Source: Leptospira sp. (GTDB taxonomy: Bacteria > Spirochaetota > Leptospiria > Leptospirales > Leptospiraceae). Taken from it: a stretch of DNA of 64,000 nucleotides. The translations under genes were made by a program, and so were the position numbers. The stretch covers positions 160,001-224,000 of the forward strand of contig JAWXAQ010000030.1 of NCBI GenBank assembly GCA_034439575.1, read 5' to 3'. Shown one piece after another: positions 50,053 to 59,041 of the stretch. The number at the start of each line of letters is the position of its first letter. Position 1 is the first letter of the stretch. The notes below the pieces were generated by a model, which ran no database searches, had not been told where the DNA came from, and saw only the letters and a list, made by a program, of their open reading frames with translations.

Positions 50053-50724
50053 ATGAACCGGAAGGATTTATTCAAGAACGGATTCAAATCTGTGTTTAAC
50101 TTTGCCGCTGAGACGACAGAAGAACTCGGAAAAACGATCCAAGAGGTCTGGACGGAGGAGAAAAAACTACCTTCGGAAAAAAATCTAACGCCAGTTAAAA
50201 AGATTTCCGAACACAAAAACAAGACGACCGTTAAATCAAAGTTATTTCGAACCCTCGCCTTACCTCCCGGTGCGAACAAAAATTTTTTTTCATTATGTAC
50301 TGGATGCAACGAATGTATTTTTTCGTGTCCTTACACCGTCTTATTCCCTGTTATATCACAAAAAGATGAGAGAAGTTTCCCGTTTTTTGATCCAAATGCA
50401 AAAGGATGTCATCTATGTTATGATTGGCCATGTATAAATGCCTGTCCTGAAGACGCATTGACCATGTATGATGTTTCAAAAACGACTCCGAAGTTTGGAA
50501 AAGCAAAATGCATCGGTAAACATTGCATTAACGATCAAACAAAAGAAAAAACTTGTGATGCTTGTCAATTAGCCTGTCCTATTGAAAAAACAGTGAATTT
50601 CCGAGCAAATTTGCCTATTTTTTCAGATTCAACATGTACTGGATGTGGATTATGCGTAGAAGCTTGTCCAACTTTTCCAAAAGCAATCCAGATTAAGACT
50701 TTAAACAATATTAGCATTAGCTAA
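50053..50724 (+). CDS. 4Fe-4S polyferredoxin (NapF/NapG/MauM-like)
   Basis: PPGA followed by CxxCxxCxxxCP, CxxCxxxxCxxxCP, C..CxxCxxxCP and CTGCGLCVEACP. Confidence 0.92.
   Translation: MNRKDLFKNGFKSVFNFAAETTEELGKTIQEVWTEEKKLPSEKNLTPVKKISEHKNKTTVKSKLFRTLALPPGANKNFFSLCTGCNECIFSCPYTVLFPVISQKDERSFPFFDPNAKGCHLCYDWPCINACPEDALTMYDVSKTTPKFGKAKCIGKHCINDQTKEKTCDACQLACPIEKTVNFRANLPIFSDSTCTGCGLCVEACPTFPKAIQIKTLNNISIS
50161..50215. repeat. 55-bp palindromic element, copy 2 (inside the ferredoxin CDS)
   Basis: Encodes KKLPSEKNLTPVKKISEH; retains TTCGGAAA/TTTCCGAA and TAAC/GTTA dyads. Confidence 0.85.
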
Positions 50725-50979
50725 TATATATTTTTGTATGATATTCTGATTTTTTTTAAATTAGAACGATGGATTTAATAAAAAATGTTAGTGAATCATC
50801 TAATTTAGATAATTAAACATCGAATAACTACTTCCTACTAACGCCTAGCGTCAAAAAAATGTTAATTGAATAAAAAAAAAGTTGAAATAAATCAAAGCTA
50901 ACCGTCATACTATGCAAAGAGACCCTAAAAAGTTTCATTAAAAAATAAATTACAGATTTTTAAAAAGGAAAAGAAAGCT

Positions 50980-51294
50980 ATGGAACCACTTAAAGTAGGC
51001 CCAGGACAAATTGATAAAATTGCGGATGATCTAAAAAAAGATCCAGAGAAATCTATTGGAAATTACCTTTTCAAAGGTTTCCGCATTCAGATTTCTAAAT
51101 ACAAAGCTTCTGGGGCAGAAAGAGTTCAACAACTCTATAAAAGAAGAAGAGCTCAAGGTCTTTGCATCGTTTGTGGAACAAAAGTTACACGTAAGAACCC
51201 TCTTACTGGAAAACTTTACAGACTATGTGATGAGCACCGCGCTCAAATCGACCAAAAAAACAAAGAAAAAGCAAAAGCTAAAAAAAGCAAATAA
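50980..51294 (+). CDS. Small basic protein with CxxC...CxxH zinc-binding motif (resembles Leptospira LIC10235 family, from recall)
   Basis: GAERVQQLYKRRRAQGLCIVCG...LYRLCDEH; AAGGA SD; own terminator. Confidence 0.85.
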   Translation: MEPLKVGPGQIDKIADDLKKDPEKSIGNYLFKGFRIQISKYKASGAERVQQLYKRRRAQGLCIVCGTKVTRKNPLTGKLYRLCDEHRAQIDQKNKEKAKAKKSK

Positions 51295-51316
51295 GCCATT
51301 CTTCACATTAGAATTA

Positions 51317-51340
51317 GGGGATCTTCGGATCCCCTTTTTT
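51317..51340 (+). terminator. Intrinsic terminator
   Basis: GGGGATC-TTCG-GATCCCC-TTTTTT (cUUCGg tetraloop). Confidence 0.93.
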
Positions 51341-51395
51341 ATGCGAGAGAACTTTTTTCTTTACTTCTTACATTCAAGCCTCTACTTTCTAAGCT

Positions 51396-52241
51396 ATGAA
51401 AATTCTTGTTCTAGGTTTACTATTTACACTTTTATTATTAATTGGTTGTTCACAAATGATTTGGAAAGAAACAAATCTCCAACCAGAAGTGATCGCCACA
51501 AATGACCCAAACACTGCTGTTGTTGTGGAAGTTCATTACCAAGAAAAGGATCCATGGAATCCGCTAAACGGCACGACTGATAAAAAAAATTACCGCACTG
51601 ATGTTCTTTTACTCAAAACAGAGACCAAAGAAACAAAAGTGATCAAAAAATGGGAAATCCCATCCTGGGTTCTCGCCAATTCCGTGTTTTACCATTCAGA
51701 AAATAAATCCCTCTTCCTTTTGCAAGGTCGCAATGACGAATACGGCACCTTGGATCAGAAATTGACTGTCTATTTCGAAAATAAACCTTCATTTTCTTAC
51801 CCGGTTACACCTGAAAACCTAGTGATCTTTCAAATCAGCCCTTCGCCTAAGGGAGATAAGATTGCTCTAATTACCGCTCTTTCTGATGCCAATTGGGAAT
51901 TTTCTGAATTTGAATTGCGTATCCTTGATCCCCAATCCCAAAAAGTAACGTCTCATCCTTTGAGTTTTTGGACTGCTCTCCCTCTTTATGGAATGCGATG
52001 GTCAAATGATAGTTCTGCTCTTTATATTCGGACTCCTGACCGCATTTTGGCACTACGTGGTGAGACTCTTAGCCCCACGACGAACTTTCCTGAATGTTTT
52101 ACACCAAGCACGAATTATGGGAAAGGCGCTTTCTTGGATAGTTTTGTCCAAAGTCAGAATCCTTGGAAATTGGATTTAGGAAAACGCCAGCCAGAACCAA
52201 AAATGATCACAAGTATGGACAAAATCAAAAATTGCCCTTAA
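51396..52241 (+). CDS. Hypothetical lipoprotein with TolB/WD40-like blade motifs
   Basis: Lipobox LIGC; SPSPKGDKIAL and WSNDSSALY motifs. Confidence 0.75.
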   Translation: MKILVLGLLFTLLLLIGCSQMIWKETNLQPEVIATNDPNTAVVVEVHYQEKDPWNPLNGTTDKKNYRTDVLLLKTETKETKVIKKWEIPSWVLANSVFYHSENKSLFLLQGRNDEYGTLDQKLTVYFENKPSFSYPVTPENLVIFQISPSPKGDKIALITALSDANWEFSEFELRILDPQSQKVTSHPLSFWTALPLYGMRWSNDSSALYIRTPDRILALRGETLSPTTNFPECFTPSTNYGKGAFLDSFVQSQNPWKLDLGKRQPEPKMITSMDKIKNCP

Positions 52242-52305
52242 ACTTTATCTTTCTGTGTATTTGAAATAGGAATCTTTCCAAAATAGGAAGGGTTCCTCAA
52301 ATCGC

Positions 52306-52334
52306 TTGATTTTATTATGTCGCATTGCTAGGGT
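52306..52334 (+). promoter_or_regulatory. Putative sigma70 promoter of fliI
   Basis: TTGATT-17 nt-TAGGGT with an extended -10 TG. Confidence 0.45.
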
Positions 52335-52349
52335 ACCATAAAGCCCGCT

Positions 52350-53714
52350 ATGATTGAAAAAAAATTTACGGAACACATCGATGCCATTTCAAAATATTTG
52401 AATGTCGTCGAAAAAATTGAACCCATTCGTAAAAGTGGGGTCGTTGTTTCCGTTGTCGGCAATGTTATATATTCGCAAGGACCGCCTGACTCAAAAGTAG
52501 GTGAAATTTTAGAAATTGAAAGAGGAAGTGATAAGGGTTATTTGGCCTGTGTGTTAGTCGGGTTTAAAGACCAACTTTACACCTTAATGCCACTCGGTGA
52601 CACGCAAGAGATTTTCCCTAAGGCTTTTGTTTTTTCCTCTGGTCGCAAAATCATGTTAAATGCTGTCAATGAACTTCTTGGTCGAGTTTTAAATGGCCTT
52701 GGGAAACCTATTGATAGCAAAGGTCTTTTAATTACAAAAGAAGAGCGCGGTTCAGAACCAAAGTCCTTAAATCCTTTGGATAGACCACCAATCACCGAAA
52801 TCTTAGAAACAGGAGTTCGTGCCATCGACGGTATGTTAACTGTAGGCCGTGGCCAACGAGTGGGTATATTTTCTGGATCAGGTGTCGGTAAATCAAGTTT
52901 ACTTGGCATGATCGCTCGTTATACGAACGCTGATGTGAATGTTGTGGCTTTGATAGGTGAACGTGGTCGAGAAGTAAATGAATTTTTAAATATAGAACTT
53001 GGTAAAGAAGCATTAATGAAATCAGTAGTTTTTGTTTCGACATCTGATTCTTCAAAAATGGAACAAGTGAGTTGTGCGCATTTAGCCTGTTCTGCGGCTG
53101 AATATTTCCGCGATAAAGGAAAAACTGTCAATTTATATATGGATTCCTTAACGCGTTATGCAGAGGCCTTACGCGAATTATCAATCGGTGAACCCGTTGT
53201 GACAAAAGGTTATGCATCTAGTGTATTTACTAAAATGGCAAAATTAGTAGAAAGAGCTGGCACATCACATAACGGAGGATCTATTACAGGTTTTTATACG
53301 ATACTAACAGATGCAGAAGATGACATGGATGATATCGTAGCCGATAAAGTTCGTGGATTTATTGACGGTCACATAGTCTTAACTCGAAAATTAGCCGAAA
53401 GAAGCCATTATCCAGCCATAGATGTACCAGCATCTCTTTCCCGGCTTATGCAAAAAATTGTAAATGAAGATCATTATATGCACTCTTCCCTAGTACGGGA
53501 ATTAATATCTAAATATAAAAGTTCGGAAGATATCATTCTTTTGAATGCTTATGCGCGCGGTGCTGATCCCAAAATTGATATGGCTATTGATAAAAAAGAA
53601 ATGATAGATGAGTATTTGATCCAACGAATTGAACAAAAATCTTCATACAAAGATGCAACAGCGAAACTATCTCAAATATTAAAATCTCAAAATCGATCTG
53701 ACGAAGATTTTTAA
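52350..53714 (+). CDS. fliI: Flagellar export ATPase
   Basis: GSGVGKS, GERGREV, MDSLTR, DGHIVL, YPAID; near fliJ and flbB. Confidence 0.96.
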   Translation: MIEKKFTEHIDAISKYLNVVEKIEPIRKSGVVVSVVGNVIYSQGPPDSKVGEILEIERGSDKGYLACVLVGFKDQLYTLMPLGDTQEIFPKAFVFSSGRKIMLNAVNELLGRVLNGLGKPIDSKGLLITKEERGSEPKSLNPLDRPPITEILETGVRAIDGMLTVGRGQRVGIFSGSGVGKSSLLGMIARYTNADVNVVALIGERGREVNEFLNIELGKEALMKSVVFVSTSDSSKMEQVSCAHLACSAAEYFRDKGKTVNLYMDSLTRYAEALRELSIGEPVVTKGYASSVFTKMAKLVERAGTSHNGGSITGFYTILTDAEDDMDDIVADKVRGFIDGHIVLTRKLAERSHYPAIDVPASLSRLMQKIVNEDHYMHSSLVRELISKYKSSEDIILLNAYARGADPKIDMAIDKKEMIDEYLIQRIEQKSSYKDATAKLSQILKSQNRSDEDF

Positions 53715-56700
53715 TCTATCTCTAGCATTACCAAAGTTACATCATCTTCTGGAGATCTGCCGCCAGTAAAAGTTTTAATTTCTGAAAGTAAATTTGATTT
53801 TGCTGTTTTTAGGTCGTATTTCATAGAACTTTGCAACATTTCTTGCCATTTTTCTTCACCTAGCATCTGTTTTGAAACGCTCATAGCTTCAGTAATTCCA
53901 TCTGTATAAAGTACAAGCCTATCACCGACATTTAATTTAATCATTTCCGATTTCATATCTAGTTCAGGGATCCATCCGATTAATTTTCCAGAGGGAAGAC
54001 TTAATTTTGGTTTCAGACCATACTTCCCAAGTATTAAAAGTGGTAAATGGCCACATCTTGCGTGCGTTAGCTCCATTTTTTCTAGATTGATATAAATATA
54101 ACTGGCAGTAAGAAAAGCTCCCTTTGTTTTTCCGAGCAATGTGCTATTGATCTGAGATAATAAATTCACTGGATCACGAGAAAATCTGAACTGTGTAGAA
54201 AAAGCAATCTTTAACATCGCAGATACGAGAGCTGCTGGAATTCCATGTCCAGACACATCTGCAATGATCACACCCAGTTCCGTTGGCGATATTTCGTGGA
54301 AGTCAAAAAAATCACCACCCACACTATCCATTGGTTCATAATAAAATTCGGATCGAATGCCTTTCATTTCTGGTGCAGATTCTGGCAATATAGAGCTTTG
54401 TAATTTTCGTGCGACATTCAATTCGTTTTGGAATGATTGGTAACGATTTTGTTCTGCAACTGCTTTTTTAAGTGTGATTAAATTTTTAGCTCGAGAGATT
54501 AACTCTCGTTTATCGAACGGTTTTGATAAATAATCATTTCCACCCGCTTCTAAAGCTGCCACAATATCTGTGATTTGATTTTTAGCAGTTAAAAATAGAA
54601 TTGGCAATTCATATAGTGACAAGGATTCTCGAATCACAGAACATACGTCATATCCACTCATTCCAGGCATCATGATGTCGAGTAACATTAACTCAAAAGG
54701 GCCCTCGTCCCTAATTTTTTGTATCGCCTCGCCTCCGTTAGCCGCTTCGATCACATCACATCCGATCAAGGTCAAATGATTTCTTAATACTTGTCGGTTG
54801 ATTGGCTCATCATCTACGACTATTACTCTGATACCATCTCCTTTAACAGATTTGAGATCTTCATCTTCGATAGGTCGGGGGCTAGTTTCATCTGGCAATG
54901 AAATCCATAAATCTTTTTGAATGTATGTGGGTTTTTGCAGAGGAATCTCACCTTCTTTTGCAAATGGTAAGGTAAAATAAAAAACAGATCCAGTTCCCAA
55001 ACTAGACTCTACCCAAATCATTCCACCATGTAGTTCTACCAAACGTTTTGTGATGGCAAGTCCAAGCCCTGTACCACCAAACTGACGTGTTGTGGAAGAA
55101 TCTACTTGTTCGAAGGAATGAAAAATGGATTCAAATTTATCAAATGGAATGCCGATCCCAGTATCTGAAACTGAAAATTTTGCCATTTTTTCGTTTATTT
55201 CTGCTCTAATTTCAATTTTTCCTTTGTCTGTAAATTTTATGGCATTTCCGATAAGATTAAAAAGTATCTGCTGGACCCTAGCTTCATCGCCAAGAATGGG
55301 AGGGAAATCCATAGGAATCAAATTTCTAACTTGAAGATTTTTGATTAAAAATAATGGGCGAGAGATCACAATCACTAAGTCCGTGACATGTTGCAAGTTG
55401 ATGGATCGAAGTTCTAAATTTAAATCCCGATTTTTCATTTTTGAAAAATCCAATATATCATCTACTAGAGAAGCGAGTCTCTTTCCTGAGCTGATGATCA
55501 TTCCAATATTTTGTCTTTGTTCGCCGTTTAAACTTCCACCGATGCCATCAAACATAGATTCGGCGATACCGATGATACCATTAAGAGGTGTTTTTAATTC
55601 GTGTGAAGTGTTTGCGAGAAATTCATCTTTAAGTTTATCCATTGCCAATAATCTTTTTGATAAGGTTTCGACTTCTGAAAAAGTTCTGCTAAATTTTCTG
55701 GAAAGAGTTAATGATTGAATTAGGATAAATAAAAATATACCAACAGGTATTGCTTCTATGGAAAACAAAATCTGATATGCATTTAATATATCAATTAAAG
55801 TGGCAATCGCCATCACCGATATACCCATGGAAAATAAAATACTGCCTTCTTCCCTATTCCAAACAGCCCGGAAAACACCTTGTAAAATGATGATTATACC
55901 ATATAACAATACAATGTTGAAAAAAGGATTAGTAGAGGTAAAAAACGTGGTACTAGAAAAAAATAATAAACCAAGGAAAATAATTGTGGGAGTGAGTAAA
56001 CTCCAAGTCATCCAGTTTGGGTAGTACCTGGGATAGAATGCCTTAAAAAATGCGAAGAACAAATATGGAGATAAATAAAAGGTAAAGTATTCTATTCGTA
56101 AACAAATATCCCATGTCAATACAGACTCATACTCATTAAAAATATATCTTTCTCCAGTAACAAGCGTTCGTATACTCAATACAATCGCCGCAAGTCCAAA
56201 TAAAAGATTTCCCCGATCAATTCTTCGCCAATAATACAAACCTAAATGATATAAGGCGATGATAAAAACAGCGCCAGCCAAAAATAAAGAAGAGGCAATG
56301 TCTCTTAAATACAATTTTTGTAATGCCTCCCATTCGCCAAACAATGGCGGCTCCCACATACCACCTTTGTCATGATGAAAATTGGAAACATGGATAATTA
56401 ATTCATTTTCACCTTGATTCCATATTAAAGGAACCAAATGAAACAAATAAGATGGTTTCGCTTCTTCTTTATGTTTGGCGACAACTCCCGTCTCAGCTAT
56501 TTTTTTCCCGTTCCAGTAAATCGTGAAAGCCGTCGCCATATCATGGACTTTTAGTCCGAAAATTTTATCTTTTAATGGACCGTTTGGTGAAGGAATACGA
56601 AGTCGATACGTACCATAGCCGAGTCCTGTTCCTAATTTTTGGTTCCAAGTTCCAGGAACACTTAGAGGCATCATGGATTCCCCTTGGGACTGCCCAGGTA

Positions 56701-56848
56701 AAATCAACTGATAAGGATAAAAGTTCCATTCCCCTTCTAGATAAACAGGTTTACCTTGGTGTTTGATGATTAAATCAATCGGGGTCGCAATGATAATTTG
56801 CGGTAAGGCCAAGAAGAATAGGCAAAGAAGTGTATATAATTGACCCAA
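53711..56848 (-). CDS. 7TM-DISM-type sensor with HisKA-HATPase-receiver-SpoIIE(PP2C) domains
   Basis: Sugar-binding-like ectodomain (LEGEWNFY, VPGTWN), seven TM, SHELKTPL, NAIKFT, DTGIG, GTGLGL, LLDIMMP, GGDFFD, DVSGHG, YTDG, DDVT. Start probably TTG. Confidence 0.93.
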   Translation of the reverse strand: MGQLYTLLCLFFLALPQIIIATPIDLIIKHQGKPVYLEGEWNFYPYQLILPGQSQGESMMPLSVPGTWNQKLGTGLGYGTYRLRIPSPNGPLKDKIFGLKVHDMATAFTIYWNGKKIAETGVVAKHKEEAKPSYLFHLVPLIWNQGENELIIHVSNFHHDKGGMWEPPLFGEWEALQKLYLRDIASSLFLAGAVFIIALYHLGLYYWRRIDRGNLLFGLAAIVLSIRTLVTGERYIFNEYESVLTWDICLRIEYFTFYLSPYLFFAFFKAFYPRYYPNWMTWSLLTPTIIFLGLLFFSSTTFFTSTNPFFNIVLLYGIIIILQGVFRAVWNREEGSILFSMGISVMAIATLIDILNAYQILFSIEAIPVGIFLFILIQSLTLSRKFSRTFSEVETLSKRLLAMDKLKDEFLANTSHELKTPLNGIIGIAESMFDGIGGSLNGEQRQNIGMIISSGKRLASLVDDILDFSKMKNRDLNLELRSINLQHVTDLVIVISRPLFLIKNLQVRNLIPMDFPPILGDEARVQQILFNLIGNAIKFTDKGKIEIRAEINEKMAKFSVSDTGIGIPFDKFESIFHSFEQVDSSTTRQFGGTGLGLAITKRLVELHGGMIWVESSLGTGSVFYFTLPFAKEGEIPLQKPTYIQKDLWISLPDETSPRPIEDEDLKSVKGDGIRVIVVDDEPINRQVLRNHLTLIGCDVIEAANGGEAIQKIRDEGPFELMLLDIMMPGMSGYDVCSVIRESLSLYELPILFLTAKNQITDIVAALEAGGNDYLSKPFDKRELISRAKNLITLKKAVAEQNRYQSFQNELNVARKLQSSILPESAPEMKGIRSEFYYEPMDSVGGDFFDFHEISPTELGVIIADVSGHGIPAALVSAMLKIAFSTQFRFSRDPVNLLSQINSTLLGKTKGAFLTASYIYINLEKMELTHARCGHLPLLILGKYGLKPKLSLPSGKLIGWIPELDMKSEMIKLNVGDRLVLYTDGITEAMSVSKQMLGEEKWQEMLQSSMKYDLKTAKSNLLSEIKTFTGGRSPEDDVTLVMLEID

Positions 56849-56924
56849 ACTAGGTAGTTCGTCTCATATTTTTTTTCAAAGGACAAGTAAAAAAGAGTAC
56901 AAAAAATATTGAAAAGTAGAGAAA

Positions 56925-57533
56925 TTGTCAGGTGTGAAACGCTTTCGCTATAGTTTAGAGACAGTTTTAAAACTTCGTTCCATTCGTGAAGAAGAAGAGT
57001 TGAAACGCCTCTCGATTGTTGTATCTGAATTGAACCTAATCATCACCGAACGAGAATTTAATGAATCTGAAATTCAAAGATCTTACCTTGAAATAGAAAA
57101 TAGCGCACATGTTGGTACTAGTTTGAATGATTACCTTTCGATTGAAAGATACATTCAAGGTTTGCTCAAAATGAACGAAGATTTAGAATACAAAATCCAA
57201 GAAAAAAATAAACAAGTGGATTTAGTTAGGGCAGATGTGTTAATCGCAAGAAAAGATAAAAAAGTTTTAGAAATTCTTAAAGAAAATAGATTCAAAGAAT
57301 GGAAAAAGAAAGTGAATCGGGTAGAAAGAAGAGAAGTTGAAGAGTATAACGATAGTATGTTGGCACACAAAACGTATGTCGAATCATTGCCAGATGGAAA
57401 TAAAGGCCAACAAAAAAAGAATCCAAAAACTTTCAAAATTATGAACCGAGAAGACGGTGGTGACGAATTAATGGGCGATTTCAAAAATTTACGCGATTTT
57501 TACGAAAAATATTATATGGGACAAGGTAGATAA
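56925..57533 (+). CDS. fliJ: Flagellar export protein FliJ with C-terminal extension
   Basis: KRFRYSLETVLKLR...KVLEILKE...ERREVEE coiled coil. Confidence 0.88.
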   Translation: MSGVKRFRYSLETVLKLRSIREEEELKRLSIVVSELNLIITEREFNESEIQRSYLEIENSAHVGTSLNDYLSIERYIQGLLKMNEDLEYKIQEKNKQVDLVRADVLIARKDKKVLEILKENRFKEWKKKVNRVERREVEEYNDSMLAHKTYVESLPDGNKGQQKKNPKTFKIMNREDGGDELMGDFKNLRDFYEKYYMGQGR

Positions 57534-57536
57534 TTT

Positions 57537-58196
57537 ATGGCGAGTGTTTCAGACAATACACGATCCTTCTTTTTAATTTTATTGATTTTTTTCTTGGTCG
57601 CTATCGGTTTTTTTATTTTTGATTATTTTCAAGTCATCGATGCAGAAGAATACTTACCATTCCTAAAAAGACAACCGAGCTTAGTAAATCAAGACCTACT
57701 CTCACCCACAGAACTTGAAAAACTTGAAATTCAAAAAGCCAAAGAACGCCTGATAGACGATACCGAAGAACTCAACCGATTAAAACAAGAACTTGAAATG
57801 GCAAAGTCTTCTTTAGCCACTGATAAAGAAAGATTAGAAGAGTTAAAGGAAGGCATCCAACGCAAAGAACGCGAAATGGCCGAAAAATTAAAACGAGAAT
57901 CGGCGAGATCTGAAAAAGTAAAAGTTTTAGCTAATAAAGTTGCGAATATGCCGCCAGAATCTGCACGAGATATGCTCTTAAATTGGCCTGATTATGATAT
58001 CATTGAAGTTTTCGAACAAATGGATAAAGATGCCGAAGAAGAAGGAAGACCCACGATCACCACATACTTGTTAACTTTATTCCCAGCCGAAAGACGATCT
58101 GTGATTTCAAATAAATGGTTAGATGCTAGTTCTAAACAAGTCCCTGGTTATGGAAAATCTTTGGATGATGAAGATAATGAACCAAAGTCAGAATAA
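57537..58196 (+). CDS. flbB: Periplasmic flagellar collar protein FlbB
   Basis: N-terminal TM, coiled coil, NMPPESA MotE/FliG-like domain; follows fliJ. Confidence 0.85.
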   Translation: MASVSDNTRSFFLILLIFFLVAIGFFIFDYFQVIDAEEYLPFLKRQPSLVNQDLLSPTELEKLEIQKAKERLIDDTEELNRLKQELEMAKSSLATDKERLEELKEGIQRKEREMAEKLKRESARSEKVKVLANKVANMPPESARDMLLNWPDYDIIEVFEQMDKDAEEEGRPTITTYLLTLFPAERRSVISNKWLDASSKQVPGYGKSLDDEDNEPKSE

Positions 58197-58747
58197 ATAA
58201 TGGCTTCCACTTCGGCAGTAGCTTTTTCTAATATATCATTGACCACTATATAATCAAAGCTAGGTGCCGCTTCCAGTTCTTTTAAACCATTTTCAATTCG
58301 TCTTTCGATGCTCTTTTTTGGATCTGTACCACGTTTTATCAATCTTTCGATCCATATATCTCTGCTAGGTGGTTGAATAAAAATACTTATGGATTCAGGT
58401 CTTAATTCCTTAACAGTCTTAGCGCCTTGGACATCAATATCGAGTAAAACCACCTTATTCTTGTTTAATGCATCGATGATAGGTGCAATTGGTGTTCCAT
58501 AATAATTTCCATGTACAAGAGCCCATTCATAAAAACCACCTTCATCGATTCTCTTTTTAAACTCATCTGGACTTAAGAAATAATAGTTTTTTCCTGGAAC
58601 ATCCCCTGGTCTTACATCACGAGTCGTACAAGAAATAGAAAAATAAAAATCAGGATGCGTTTTTAATATTTTTTCAATGATAGTAGATTTCCCGCCACCC
58701 GCAACAGAGGAAATGATATATAAATTCGGGACTGGATTACCTTTCAC
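58148..58747 (-). CDS. gmk: Guanylate kinase
   Basis: SSVAGGGKST, SISCTTR, NYYGT, LDIDVQGA. Confidence 0.97.
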   Translation of the reverse strand: MKGNPVPNLYIISSVAGGGKSTIIEKILKTHPDFYFSISCTTRDVRPGDVPGKNYYFLSPDEFKKRIDEGGFYEWALVHGNYYGTPIAPIIDALNKNKVVLLDIDVQGAKTVKELRPESISIFIQPPSRDIWIERLIKRGTDPKKSIERRIENGLKELEAAPSFDYIVVNDILEKATAEVEAIIYSDFGSLSSSSKDFP

Positions 58748-59029
58748 TTAATCTTCTTCCTCTTCTTCTTTTCCAATATTGTTATCCGCATTTTCTAATC
58801 TCTTTGTCAAACTATCCGGTCGTATCGCAGACAGTACAATGTGTCCGGATTCTAAAACAATGATAGACCTAGTTTTTCTTCCTTGAGTAGCGTCTATGAG
58901 TCGAGAAACATCTTTTGCCTCGGAACGCAATCGCTTCGCACCTGCTGATTCCGCTTGCAGGATCACAAGAATTTTATCTTTGAAAACAATATTTGAAAAC
59001 CCGACATTTAAGACGGGAAAGGAAGACAT
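58748..59029 (-). CDS. remA: RemA/DUF370 family regulator
   Basis: [29 protein letters not shown]; directly upstream of gmk. Confidence 0.9.
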   Translation of the reverse strand: MSSFPVLNVGFSNIVFKDKILVILQAESAGAKRLRSEAKDVSRLIDATQGRKTRSIIVLESGHIVLSAIRPDSLTKRLENADNNIGKEEEEED

Positions 59030-59041
59030 GATTCCAGATTA

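Noticed and set aside
49878-50215. The 55-bp repeat pair as a CRISPR array
   Set aside because: Only two copies, 228 bp between them, one inside a CDS, and no cas genes.
51056-51505. 149-aa alternative-frame ORF
   Set aside because: Runs through a strong terminator and overlaps two better-supported genes.
52341-52349. AAGCCCGCT before both fliI and murA
   Set aside because: A 9-mer at different distances from the two starts; insufficient support for a shared motif.
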